Part shown: positions 49,241 to 59,216 of the stretch, piece after piece
Position numbering within the stretch: position 1 is the first letter of the stretch
Layout of the letters: every line of letters starts with the position of its first letter
Assembly: GCA_965116885.1 (NCBI GenBank)
Contig: OZ220741.1
Coordinates: forward strand, 3,872,001-3,936,000
Length of the DNA: 64,000 nucleotides
Direction: 5' to 3'
Source: Candidatus Latescibacterota bacterium
GTDB taxonomy: Bacteria; Latescibacterota; UBA2968
The notes under the pieces: generated by a model
Databases searched by the model: none
Told to the model about the DNA's origin: nothing
The model's input: the letters and a program-made list of their open reading frames with translations, nothing else
Translations under genes and position numbers: made by a program

Positions 49241-50698
49241 CTTACAGCCCGTAAGACCCACTCGCAGAGAGCTTTAGCGTTGGGAAGCAGACGCGAGTTA
49301 GCGAGCGTTATTTTGCAAGGGCTTCCGAATTTATGGTGCGGTGCTTTAGCATGGTGGCACATTGCTCAAGGCAATGTGGGCGGTGGAGCGGTGTACAAGT
49401 GCGCCAGCACTTCATCAACCAAAATCATCCGTTCACTGACTACATAAAAATTGCATAAATTACTGTTTTTATGTATATTTATACTATGGAATACTTAACA
49501 TACAAATACAAAATGTATAGTCTCTGTGACCGCAATAAGTATCTGCACTATGAGATAGACGCTTTTGCTGAGGTGTATAATCATTTCATTGCCTTGCACA
49601 AGCGATACTATCGGCGTTTTGGCAAATATCCGAGTAAGTTCACAATGATTAACCATTTGGCAAAGCTGAAAAGAACAACACGCTTTGCACATTGGCGTTT
49701 GTTGCCGAGCCAGGCATTGCAAAATGTGGTTGAGCGTATAGACCTTGGCTATCAGAAATTCTTTGCCAGAGACAACAAGCGTCCGCCCACATTCAGGTCT
49801 CGCTTTCGGTATCAGTCCTATACGCTGAAGCAAGCAGGATACAAATTCCTCGAGCGTAACAAGGTGCGTATTGGCAAGCGTATATTCAGATACCATAAGA
49901 GCAGAAAGTTCGATGTAGAGCGTATCAAGACGGTCACAATCAAACGTGACCGTGTAGGCGATTTGTGGCTATGTGTTGTTGCAAAGGCTGAGGGTATCAA
50001 GTCATTCATGATCAAGAACGGTAAAACCGCAGGTTTTGATTTTGGCTTGCAAACATATCTAACAGCCTCAGACAGCACAAGGACACAATCGCCATTGTTC
50101 TTTAATCGTAATTCAAGGAAAGTCAAAAAGGCTAATCGCAATCTTTCTCGTAAAAAGAAAGGTAGCAACAATCGTCACAGGGCAAGCGTAAATCATGCCA
50201 GAGTGCATAGGCGCGTTGCTAATCAGCGCAGAGACTATCACTGGCGACTTGCCCATCAACTGTGTAAAGACTATGACGTTATGTTCTTTGAGACTTTGAA
50301 CATTGACGCCATGAAAGCGTTGTGGGGCAGAAAGATTAGCGATTTGGGCTTTTCAAACTTCTTGTCCATCCTCAAGTATGTGGCAAAAAAGACTGGCAAA
50401 GTTGTCAAACAAATCGACAAATGGCTACCCACGTCAAAGACCTGCTCTGCTTGTGGCACAGTCAAAGAGGACCTCGAATTGCGAGAAAGAACATTCCATT
50501 GTTGCGAATGTGGTCTTGAGATAGACAGAGACCTCAACGCGGCGATAAACATTCACAGGTGGGGGCGTCCACCTATGGCGGAGGTAGCGTAAGACTTGCC
50601 GAACTTCGGGGAAGCAAGCAACTACTGTTGATCCCACAATCCCTGCTGAAGCAACAAGGTTTTAGAATCCCAATGCTTTAGATTTGAGAGTACGTCAA
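49241..50698 (+). mobile_element. Non-autonomous IS200/IS605-family (tnpB-only) element
   Basis: Left end follows TTAT and contains CTTAC/GTAAG and CCCA..GCTTTAGCGTTGGG hairpins; right end AGAATCCCAATGCTTTAG...GAGTACGTCAA; no intact tnpA. Confidence 0.85.
49486..50592 (+). CDS. tnpB: RNA-guided endonuclease TnpB
   Basis: RuvC-I GFDFGL, RuvC-II FETLNI, Zn finger CSAC...CCEC, RuvC-III DRDLNAAINI; promoter TTGCAT-N17-TATATT. Confidence 0.93.
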   Translation: MEYLTYKYKMYSLCDRNKYLHYEIDAFAEVYNHFIALHKRYYRRFGKYPSKFTMINHLAKLKRTTRFAHWRLLPSQALQNVVERIDLGYQKFFARDNKRPPTFRSRFRYQSYTLKQAGYKFLERNKVRIGKRIFRYHKSRKFDVERIKTVTIKRDRVGDLWLCVVAKAEGIKSFMIKNGKTAGFDFGLQTYLTASDSTRTQSPLFFNRNSRKVKKANRNLSRKKKGSNNRHRASVNHARVHRRVANQRRDYHWRLAHQLCKDYDVMFFETLNIDAMKALWGRKISDLGFSNFLSILKYVAKKTGKVVKQIDKWLPTSKTCSACGTVKEDLELRERTFHCCECGLEIDRDLNAAINIHRWGRPPMAEVA

Positions 50699-50714
50699 CA
50701 ATGTCTTACTCGGT
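50500..50714 (+). ncRNA. Putative omega/reRNA (scaffold to 50698, guide from the 3' flank); 5' boundary approximate
   Basis: Inferred from known TnpB locus architecture; local hairpin CCGAAC/TTCGG and the right-end hairpin. Confidence 0.5.
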
Positions 50715-51233
50715 TCAAAAGCAAAGAAGGTTCTTAAGAACCGGCACCACCAACTCTCCTCCTATGGCACTGGCAGGGAATATGACAAAACACAGTGGAA
50801 ACACCTGGTACTGCAATTCCTCCAACATGGGCTTCTCAATCGAGATCTACAACACGGCAGTCTCAAGCTGAGGCCTGATGGGCGTGAGGTGGTTAGAGGC
50901 AAAATGCAGTTTTGGGGATTTCCAGTGGAATCGGCAGATCATATAACTGAAGAACCTGTTCATGATACGACATCCGAAGAATCAAACGAATATAGTCATG
51001 AACTTTTCGAGCAACTTCGCACCAAACGCAGAGAACTATCGGAGGCTGAACATGTACCAGCGTTCGTTGTTTTTCACGACAGGACGTTGCGAGCAATGGC
51101 TGCCCAATTACCACAATCGGTGGAAGCATTCGGGCAGGTTTCCGGTGTCGGTCCTGTGAAACTTGAGAAATATGCCGATGTCTTTTTGCCTATCATTTGT
51201 GATTATTGCGAAAAACACGGGCGAAATTTTTAG
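50700..51233 (+). pseudogene. recQ: RecQ helicase 3' fragment (RQC + HRDC)
   Basis: NVLLGSKAKKVLKNRHHQLSSYGTG...W...GLL...GSLKL...LFEQLRTKRRELS...VPAFVVFHDRTL...GVGPVKLEKY; begins at the IS right end. Confidence 0.85.
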
Positions 51234-51299
51234 GCCCAAAGGCAGGGATAATTGGATTCTGGTTCACCTGCCCGGGACTGCTTCCGAAGTTATTTGGTT

Positions 51300-52916
51300 T
51301 CATGAATCGCTCCCCGCAGACCATGTATTGCCTCCTGCCCGGACGGTACCTTCTGCTTTTAGAAACTCCGCGCAGTGAATCCCGCCGCCAAGACTGTTGA
51401 CCCGTGTGATTTCGTGGCCCATTTCGATCAATCCATTCACAATATCATCGGGCAAGGCACGGGTCACACTGACCGGCTCGTGGGTTTGTACATGCATCCT
51501 CGGTCCACTGACAGCCTCGAAGGATGTTGCGCCGTAATCGACAATTTTTTGGGCGGCACGCGCGTTCACAGAGATGATGCGCCTGCCGCCTGGCATTCCG
51601 ATCGCTACATCCCGACCTGGAAGCTGAATGATGAGTGGAACTGTATTGTTCAGCGGTCGCTTGCGCGAAGCCACGGAATTTTTGCGCCCGGGTCTGGGAT
51701 CTAATCTGCACATCCCATGTCCCAGAATGATGCCTGTTTCGGGTACTGTAACAAGGGAGCCGAAAGCGCCGCCTTGAGAAATTGTTACGGCCGCCACATT
51801 CCCTTCGACATCTGCGGAAGAGACGTGGAGTGTACCATCATTTGAATCACCCATTGGCGGTGGCACAAGCTGATCTACCGCATTGGGAAACTGGCGCAGT
51901 GTTTCCACGCGACCGGCTGCATAATCTTTGCTCAGCAGTCGCTCGATCGGTACATCCACATGGTTTGGATCTGCGAGATGGAGAAGGCGATCCCGCCAGA
52001 CCAGCTTGAGAAGCTCGGCGAATCGGTGCCAGTACTCGACCGTGTCTTCTGGCAGGGGACCGAAGCATTCCCACATGTTGAGCAGTTGCAAGCTGGACAA
52101 TCCGCCGTTGGGCAAAATCGCACCATGCACGGATGCCTCGCGGTAGGTCGTGGTATATGGTTCGGTCACGCCTGGTTTGAAGGCCGCCATGTCTTCCATT
52201 GTCAAAATACCGCCAGTGGCTTGAACGTGATCCACTATTTTGCGGCCGATTTCTCCCGTGTAGAAATCTTGCCATCCGGCTTCTGAAACTCTTGCAAGGG
52301 TTTTTTCCATATCGCGGCGGTGCCAAATATCATCTGGTGTCGGGACACGTCCTTCGGGCATCAGGTGTTTTTCTGTTGCTTCAAATCTGCGGATCACCTT
52401 CTGCTGATTTTTGATCGCCCCTGCAGTAGAACCAAAGGGAAAGCCATCTTCGAGTAGCTTCAGCGATGGTGCTACCACATCGGACCATTTGAGTTTTCCC
52501 CACTTTTCCCAAATGGTGCCCATGCCTGCCATCATACCCGGGGGACCAATGGCGAGAGGGCCATGGACGTTGGCATTGTCCTTTACGCTGCAGTTGTATT
52601 CCTTTTCATTGATGCCACCAGAGGTACGCGCGGGCAGGATGGTGTACATGTGTTCGTGAGCCGCTTTGGGCGAAATTGAATTGGCGTCTATCGACCAGAC
52701 TTTGCCCGTGGCGCCTTCCAGGATCACGGCACACAGGACATAACCACCCACACCCGTGGATTGGGGCTGTAACATGCAGCATGCCATACTGGTCGCCACT
52801 GCTGCATCAAAGGCATTGCCGCCCTGTTCGAGTATTCTCGCACCGACTCTTGCCGCCTCTGGAGGCCCGGCTGCTACTGCTCCTGTTGTGCTGGTAACTT
52901 CTTGTCCCTCAGTCAT
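51300..52916 (-). CDS. Gamma-glutamyltransferase family (Ntn hydrolase)
   Basis: GGNAFDAAVA, GVGG, nucleophile GTLHVSSAD, GMPGG. Confidence 0.92.
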   Translation of the reverse strand: MTEGQEVTSTTGAVAAGPPEAARVGARILEQGGNAFDAAVATSMACCMLQPQSTGVGGYVLCAVILEGATGKVWSIDANSISPKAAHEHMYTILPARTSGGINEKEYNCSVKDNANVHGPLAIGPPGMMAGMGTIWEKWGKLKWSDVVAPSLKLLEDGFPFGSTAGAIKNQQKVIRRFEATEKHLMPEGRVPTPDDIWHRRDMEKTLARVSEAGWQDFYTGEIGRKIVDHVQATGGILTMEDMAAFKPGVTEPYTTTYREASVHGAILPNGGLSSLQLLNMWECFGPLPEDTVEYWHRFAELLKLVWRDRLLHLADPNHVDVPIERLLSKDYAAGRVETLRQFPNAVDQLVPPPMGDSNDGTLHVSSADVEGNVAAVTISQGGAFGSLVTVPETGIILGHGMCRLDPRPGRKNSVASRKRPLNNTVPLIIQLPGRDVAIGMPGGRRIISVNARAAQKIVDYGATSFEAVSGPRMHVQTHEPVSVTRALPDDIVNGLIEMGHEITRVNSLGGGIHCAEFLKAEGTVRAGGNTWSAGSDS

Positions 52917-52932
52917 ATTCAATTTTCCTGTG

Positions 52933-53694
52933 TTATTTTGCTGCATATTGATTTGCGCCAACATTACTCGGCGTTCGTTGATTGGCGCACATAAGGTGGC
53001 GTACTAAGTCAGAAGGGTTTTCTAACTCTGCCAGTTGGCCGCGCATGTCTTCTTGCGGGATGAACCAGGGGCGCATATACATGCCGAGGAGTACAGACCG
53101 AATTTCAGCGGTTTGGTTTGGCCGCGCTGTATGCCAGCAGGCACCGTGCATGACAATGGCGCTTCCGCGTTTGCCGGTGAGGATTTTACCGCCTTTGATC
53201 CATTGGCTTTTGAGTTCTGGCGGTGGTGGTTCGCCTTTGAGGTGGCTTTGGGGCAGCATGGCGGTTGCGCCGTTTTCTTTGGTGAGATCGTTCAAAAGCC
53301 AGATGGTTTGTCCTGCGAGACGGCCGGGTGGCCAGGGCGGTTGCACAGACCAATAAGGGTAGTCTGAATGCCAGCCAAAACTGTCTGCGCCCGGATAGAC
53401 CGTATTGCCAGACCAGGTGGAGCAGACCATGTCGTCACCGAGGTATTTGCGCCACAGGGTTACGATGGTCGGGTGGGACATGAGTTCGAGAAAGATGGGG
53501 TGTTTGACGGCGATGCGCCCTACGCGCTGCGTTTTGGCTGCAAGCGATTGCTCGGTGGCTTCTTCTTTGAGGAGTTGCTCAAGAATACCGCGTGCTTCAT
53601 CGGCTTTTTTTTCTGGGATGACCGAAGGAATGATGTGGAAACCCACTTCATCGAGATCGGTCATGATTTTTTTATAATCGAGATTTGTTGGCAT
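52933..53694 (-). CDS. PhyH-family dioxygenase
   Basis: WHSD, NGAT..LPQSH, WHTARPN. Confidence 0.9.
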   Translation of the reverse strand: MPTNLDYKKIMTDLDEVGFHIIPSVIPEKKADEARGILEQLLKEEATEQSLAAKTQRVGRIAVKHPIFLELMSHPTIVTLWRKYLGDDMVCSTWSGNTVYPGADSFGWHSDYPYWSVQPPWPPGRLAGQTIWLLNDLTKENGATAMLPQSHLKGEPPPPELKSQWIKGGKILTGKRGSAIVMHGACWHTARPNQTAEIRSVLLGMYMRPWFIPQEDMRGQLAELENPSDLVRHLMCANQRTPSNVGANQYAAK

Positions 53695-53707
53695 TTTTGC
53701 TCCTGTT

Positions 53708-54874
53708 TTATTTCACTGCGTACTGCATTAATTTTTTTTCATCGATTTCAATGCCCAGTCCCGGACGGTTGGGCAGTTCGAGATAGCTGCCATTTCGGGT
53801 GAGGGAGTGTTTCAGGATCTGGTCGCTTTTTAGCTGGAAGCTCTGGTCGAAGTGTTCCATGATGACAAAGTTGAGAATGCCTGCCGAGAGCTGGAGTTGC
53901 GCGGCGGTGGAGAGGACGTTGCCTGCGCCAACTGCTGGGGCGAGTGGGATGTCGAAGGTTTCGGCGAGGTGGGCGATGCGCTGGCTACCCGTGATGCCTG
54001 TTCGCGCGAGGTCGGGCAGAAGAATGTCGGCGGCATGTGCTTCCAGAACAGCGCGGAATTGATAGGCGTTGTAATATTCCTGGCCGATGCAGATGGGTAG
54101 GGTGAGGTCGCGCGGTACTTCGGCATGGCGGCGGAGGTCTTCGCTGGGCACGGGCGATTCGAGCCAGAAGACGTCGAATTTTTCGAGTTCTTTACCCAGG
54201 GCAATTGCACCGGGTACGTCGTAATGCCAGGTGAGATCGACGAGGATATCGACGCTGGGACCAACGGCTTCGCGTGTGGCCTCTACGACGGCAACGGCAT
54301 TTTTTAAGGGCCGATTGAGGTGATATTTGACCGCGTCGTAACCCATTTCAACGGCTTTGAGGGCTTGCTCAACGCCGATTTCGGGCGTGGGACCCTGAAT
54401 GTTGTTGTAGATGCGCACTTTGTCGCGGTAGGGGCCACCGAGGAGGACGTAGCAGGGTACGTCGAGGTATTTGCCCGATAGATCCCAGAGGGCATTGTTG
54501 ATGCCCGCAAGGGCTGCCGCGAGATAACCCGAGCGGTAACCGCGACCGCGCATGGTGCCGTAGGTCATGTCGTAGAGTTTTTCGCGAGCGAGCGGATTTT
54601 CGCCGATGAGAATGGGGGCAAACAGGCGATCTACGACTGCTTTGGTGGCTTCGGGAACGAGCAGGGATTGGCCTTCGCCCCATCCGACAAGGCCATTGTC
54701 GGCGGTGATTTTGACAAAGAGGGCTTCGGCATAGCGCGCGGCTGCCATGTCGTCGATGGGAGGCGTTGTGTCATAGGAGAGAGATTTGCGAGGGCGCACA
54801 TAATCGGGAATATTTTCAGCGATATTGGGACGGGGTAATTTGACGACATAGGCGTCGATTTGTTCTATTCGCAT
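53708..54874 (-). CDS. Mandelate racemase/MLE-family enzyme
   Basis: GWGEG, ALWDLSGK, WLESP, GQE, LPD, PGLGIE. Confidence 0.92.
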   Translation of the reverse strand: MRIEQIDAYVVKLPRPNIAENIPDYVRPRKSLSYDTTPPIDDMAAARYAEALFVKITADNGLVGWGEGQSLLVPEATKAVVDRLFAPILIGENPLAREKLYDMTYGTMRGRGYRSGYLAAALAGINNALWDLSGKYLDVPCYVLLGGPYRDKVRIYNNIQGPTPEIGVEQALKAVEMGYDAVKYHLNRPLKNAVAVVEATREAVGPSVDILVDLTWHYDVPGAIALGKELEKFDVFWLESPVPSEDLRRHAEVPRDLTLPICIGQEYYNAYQFRAVLEAHAADILLPDLARTGITGSQRIAHLAETFDIPLAPAVGAGNVLSTAAQLQLSAGILNFVIMEHFDQSFQLKSDQILKHSLTRNGSYLELPNRPGLGIEIDEKKLMQYAVK

Positions 54875-54901
54875 TTGTGATTCCTTTCTACCATTTGTCA
54901 A

Positions 54902-56332
54902 TTATGCAACGCCCCAGCCAGGATACTTATCCGGATCCGCAAACTCCTGTCCCAATTCCAAAAAGCCACGGGGGCCACGCCTGCCGTATTCAAATGGATC
55001 TTTTGTACCTTCCATCCAACGGTGCAATCTTTCTTCCATTTCTTGAAGTGCTGGCCGCGCTTCAGCAGAATTCGCCAGGTTAACCATTTCGAGCGGATCT
55101 TCCTGCCGGTCAAACAGATAGGGACCTCGCTCATTGGCAAACCAACGCGCATACGTATAGCGTTCGGTACGCACACCTCGCCAGCGCCCAACCCAACCGT
55201 CGCGATTGGGCCAACCGTGTGCCATATTCTGCAAATAGACAGACTCCGATCCACCAGGCGTTAACTCCGTATCTGCAGGTGCTTCACCACCACGCCACAC
55301 GCTCGAAATATCTCGCCCTTGCAGACCGTCTGGCAACGGCACGCCACAAGCACCCAGCAATGTAGGTACAATATCAATCGCACCAAAGAAAGCATCCGTT
55401 CGCGTACCAGCTTCAGTAGCATCGGGCCAACGCACCACAAACGGCACATGGCAAGATTCTTCATAAGGTGTTGCTTTTGAAGCCCGCATCGACTCGTCCA
55501 ACCAGCGACTACTGGGTTTGCCATATCCATGGCTTGAAAGGTGATCTCCATGATCTGATGTATAACAGACAATTGTATTGTCTTTGATCCCCAGGCGATC
55601 CAGGGCTTCCAACAATCGCCCCATCTCTGCATCAAGTCCTGTACAACACCCGTAATAGTCTGCAAGTTCCTCATGTGCCCATGCTTTCATCTCGTCTGGT
55701 ACATTGCCCGGCACATCCATGTCCGCAGGATTATAAATATTATATTCGTCGGGATACTGCTTATATGGCCAGTGAGGAGGTCGCCAGGACACAAAGACGG
55801 CAAATGGATCGTCTGTTCGAGCATTCAGGTGTTTTTCAATAAATTGAATAGCCAAATCCGTTTCGTTCGTGGGCGTCCAGCCTCTGTAAAAGTTCGGGCC
55901 CTCATCATTTTCGTAATAGGTTCTGTCGTAGTAGGCGCCCCGCCCTCTCCCGCCTGCAAGCGCTGCAAGATAATCCAGCCCGTACCGATTGTCGTCGCCA
56001 TACGGCCCTTTACCCAGGTGCCATGTACCCACGTGCGCAGTGCCATACCCATGCTCGCGCAAAGTGCCTGGCAGGGTTGGGATATCTCGTCGCGGACTGT
56101 ACTCATTATCAATTACCAAATTTTGCCAACCATACCGACCGGTTAGCAAAATTGCTCGATAAGGCGAACACAGCGGGTGGTTGGAAAACATATTGTCACA
56201 CACCATTCCTTCGGCTGCCATCGCATCCAAAACAGGCGTTTGGATTATGTCATTGCCATTCGCTCCCAGCGCGCTATAACGCTGCTGGTCAGAAAACACG
56301 AACAGAATATTTGGGCGTTTCTCATTACTCAT
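54902..56332 (-). CDS. Sulfatase (Cys-type)
   Basis: PNILFVFSDQ, CSPYR, PPH, TSDHG. Start at ATG 56332. Confidence 0.93.
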   Translation of the reverse strand: MSNEKRPNILFVFSDQQRYSALGANGNDIIQTPVLDAMAAEGMVCDNMFSNHPLCSPYRAILLTGRYGWQNLVIDNEYSPRRDIPTLPGTLREHGYGTAHVGTWHLGKGPYGDDNRYGLDYLAALAGGRGRGAYYDRTYYENDEGPNFYRGWTPTNETDLAIQFIEKHLNARTDDPFAVFVSWRPPHWPYKQYPDEYNIYNPADMDVPGNVPDEMKAWAHEELADYYGCCTGLDAEMGRLLEALDRLGIKDNTIVCYTSDHGDHLSSHGYGKPSSRWLDESMRASKATPYEESCHVPFVVRWPDATEAGTRTDAFFGAIDIVPTLLGACGVPLPDGLQGRDISSVWRGGEAPADTELTPGGSESVYLQNMAHGWPNRDGWVGRWRGVRTERYTYARWFANERGPYLFDRQEDPLEMVNLANSAEARPALQEMEERLHRWMEGTKDPFEYGRRGPRGFLELGQEFADPDKYPGWGVA

Positions 56333-56352
56333 GGGGATTCCTTTCATAATGG

Positions 56353-59187
56353 TTACAGGAGGGTTTTGAGCAGGTTGCTCAGTAAACGATCCGCTACCGG
56401 GTCTGTGCCCAGGTTTTCGACAATGCGATGTGTGCATAGAATGTATTTGCCATTGCCGTAAGCGATTTGTGTGAGGTCAGCGCCGTGGAAGGCTTCGGTG
56501 ACGCCGATGTAGTTTTGTTTGTGTTTGAGGCCCGCATACCAGTCGTAGGTGATGTTGCCACATATCCAATCGGTTTTTGGTTCTAAAATGGACCACTGGG
56601 AGGAGATGTTTTGATATTCCTGTCCCATCAGGCAATTTGAGGGCAAGCCATCGTAGAAGGGGTGGTCTTTGACGACATGACTACAGGGCGTCCATAATCC
56701 TTTGCCGGAGTACAGAGATAGTGAGAATGGGAAGAAAATGTCTTTTTCAATGTAGCGAGACATACGGCTTTTTCCTGGTGCCATTTTGAGAAGGTGCATG
56801 GCTGGCAGGTTGAGGAAGAGTGCTGTGCCGCCGTTTTCAACCCATGTAGCGAGATCGGCGAAGCGGGTATCGGATTTGCCGTTCCAGCCCTGGAGGTTGA
56901 TGAGTGCGAGTTGGTCTGTGGGGGAGTGAGTGGAGAAGGCGGTTGTGTTGGAAAGGTATCTACCGAGTGCGCCGTTGAGGTCGATTGTCGCTATGGGTAC
57001 ATCTGGAATGGCGGATTTGTTTTTGTCCAGGACGTAGATGCTGGACTGGTTTTTGATGGGGTCTGCATCAGATGTGAATGTCAATTCGATCTGGCATAGC
57101 CCTTCAATACCACGGGTGTTAACTTCATAAGTCGCCAGGTCTGTGATGTCGGTGGGTATTGTTATTTGTTCGTTTATGTCGAGAAGATTTTGTCCATCGT
57201 TTGTGGTGACGCGGAGGGAGAGTGTGCCCGATAGATCGTTTTTGTCATTGACGGTGGTGAGCAGGATTTGGACGGATTCGCCTGCATAGACATTTTGTTT
57301 GTCGGGGCGAATGGCGACATAACGGTCGGCGAATACTTCTTTGATGGCGTAATAGGGCTTTTTGGGATTTCGGAAGTTGTCGATTAAGCCAGCCCCGATG
57401 ACCCAGTCGCCGTCGTTGAGCGCGTGGATGCCGATACCCGCGATGTCGGGATTGATGCGGCAGGCTTCGGTCATGAGTTTGTTGCCAGTGGCGTGGATTT
57501 CCTGGCAGGCCTGTACAAAGGCGTGGAAGCTGGGAAAGATCTGGTCTGTTCCGGTTTCGTGGAACACAGAGAGATAAGAATTGAGGAGGCGTTCGTGCAT
57601 GCGGTAATCCGGTGTGATGGGATTGCCTTCTGTTTTGTATTGTTCAAAATTTGCTTCGAGATCGGGGATACTGCCATACCCGAGTTCTGAGATATTGGTA
57701 AGCAAGTCGGGTTTGATTTTGCTGTTGGTGAACTGGGCGATTTCCAATCCCATTTCTTTTAGTTGCGCCTCGGTTTTGCCGAGTGCGAGCAAATTGTCGT
57801 AACTGCTTTGGGCAAAGGGTGTGCCGGGATAGTTGTGTACATCGTTGATGACAATGGGTTCGTAGGATCCGGGAAGGTAAATACTGCATCCATCAGCAAA
57901 TCCGCCTGCTTCGTCGATGATCATGCGGGTGTGGTCGCATTCACGCGCTTTTAAGGATACGCTGTGTTTGAGGCGTTTGAGACCGTTGCGCATGATTTCA
58001 TTAAACATTTCCCAGATGACGATGGAGGGGTGGTTGCGGTCTCGTTTGACCATTTCCGTGGCTTCATTTTCGATGCGTTGTTGGGTATATGGGGTGATCT
58101 GGGGCCAGTTGTCCATGCATTCGACGGGGAGTGCGCCCACAAATAGGACACCCATTTCGTCTGCGAGATCATAGACGATTGGCGGTTGGGGTTTGCGCCA
58201 CGGGCGGATCATGTTGATGTTGCCGTCTTTGATGAGTTCGAATTCTTTTTTTAGAAGATTGAGGTCGCGCGGGTATGCGAGGGCGTGTGGATAGAAGGCT
58301 TCGTTGAAGGTGGTTTTGAGGATGATTTTTTCGCCGTTTAAGTAGAAGTTTTTGCCTCTGGCTGTAAATTCTCGGAAGCCGAAGCGCGTTTTTTCAATAT
58401 CTGAGGTTTCGTTCCCAAGGGCGACTGTGGTGGTGGCGACATAGAGATTGGGTTCGTCGAGTTGCCAGAGTTTGTGGTTTGCGATGGCGAGTATTTCTTC
58501 GCGGTGACTTGTGCCGGGGTTCAGGTCGAGTGTTTCTTGCCCAGAGGCGACCTGTGTCTCGCTTTTGTATTCTGTGATCGACCAGGTGATGGTCGCGGAT
58601 TGTATTTTCAAATCCCGATTTTGAAATGTGCTGGCGATGTTGACTTCGCCCGTGTGGATGTCGGATATAACGAATGTGTCCTCAACGTACACAGGACCCG
58701 TAGCGATGAGGGAAACCGATTGCCATATACCACCGGCGATTGCACCGCGCCAATGGGGCATGTCATCGCGGCCTATGCCATCGATGACCACGTCTTGGAG
58801 AATGAGGGGCGTGATGACGCGAACGGCGATGAAGTTTTCGCCTTCGGTTAAGAGGTCGTCGATCAAGAGTTCAAAGCCGATGTATCCGCCTTCGTGCGCG
58901 CCAGCGGCTTCGCCATTGACCCAGATTTCTGCGCGGTAGTTGACGGCTCCAAAATGCAGGCGGATGATTTTGTTTTCCCAGTCGGAGGGAAGGGTAAACG
59001 TTTTGCCGTACCAGGCGACGCCTTCGTAATCTTGTTTGAATTCTTCGAGACATGCGGGGACGGTTATTTGCTCTAAGTCTGCGCAGGCATAGAAATTTTC
59101 GCGATGCTGTAAGTTGAGCGTGCGGCCCTTGTTGTCGTGATCGTAAATAACTTGCCAGGTTCCGTCGAGTGAGTGGGTTTGTTTCAT
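56353..59187 (-). CDS. Glycoside hydrolase family 2 protein
   Basis: GVAWY, LHFGAVNY, GFREF, RDRNHPSIVIWEMFNE, SELG. Alternative GTG start at 59220. Confidence 0.9.
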   Translation of the reverse strand: MKQTHSLDGTWQVIYDHDNKGRTLNLQHRENFYACADLEQITVPACLEEFKQDYEGVAWYGKTFTLPSDWENKIIRLHFGAVNYRAEIWVNGEAAGAHEGGYIGFELLIDDLLTEGENFIAVRVITPLILQDVVIDGIGRDDMPHWRGAIAGGIWQSVSLIATGPVYVEDTFVISDIHTGEVNIASTFQNRDLKIQSATITWSITEYKSETQVASGQETLDLNPGTSHREEILAIANHKLWQLDEPNLYVATTTVALGNETSDIEKTRFGFREFTARGKNFYLNGEKIILKTTFNEAFYPHALAYPRDLNLLKKEFELIKDGNINMIRPWRKPQPPIVYDLADEMGVLFVGALPVECMDNWPQITPYTQQRIENEATEMVKRDRNHPSIVIWEMFNEIMRNGLKRLKHSVSLKARECDHTRMIIDEAGGFADGCSIYLPGSYEPIVINDVHNYPGTPFAQSSYDNLLALGKTEAQLKEMGLEIAQFTNSKIKPDLLTNISELGYGSIPDLEANFEQYKTEGNPITPDYRMHERLLNSYLSVFHETGTDQIFPSFHAFVQACQEIHATGNKLMTEACRINPDIAGIGIHALNDGDWVIGAGLIDNFRNPKKPYYAIKEVFADRYVAIRPDKQNVYAGESVQILLTTVNDKNDLSGTLSLRVTTNDGQNLLDINEQITIPTDITDLATYEVNTRGIEGLCQIELTFTSDADPIKNQSSIYVLDKNKSAIPDVPIATIDLNGALGRYLSNTTAFSTHSPTDQLALINLQGWNGKSDTRFADLATWVENGGTALFLNLPAMHLLKMAPGKSRMSRYIEKDIFFPFSLSLYSGKGLWTPCSHVVKDHPFYDGLPSNCLMGQEYQNISSQWSILEPKTDWICGNITYDWYAGLKHKQNYIGVTEAFHGADLTQIAYGNGKYILCTHRIVENLGTDPVADRLLSNLLKTLL

Positions 59188-59216
59188 ATGTTGAAAAGTT
59201 CCTTTTCCATAAGAGT

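Noticed and set aside
49260..49430. Degenerate tnpA relic on the minus strand (MILVDEVLAHLYTAPPPTLP*)
   Set aside because: Only a faint resemblance to the region after the HUH motif; no HUH or catalytic Tyr, so too weak to call.
48992..49447. 151-aa ORF as an intact gene
   Set aside because: It is the DUF488 5' fragment reading through into IS left-end sequence.
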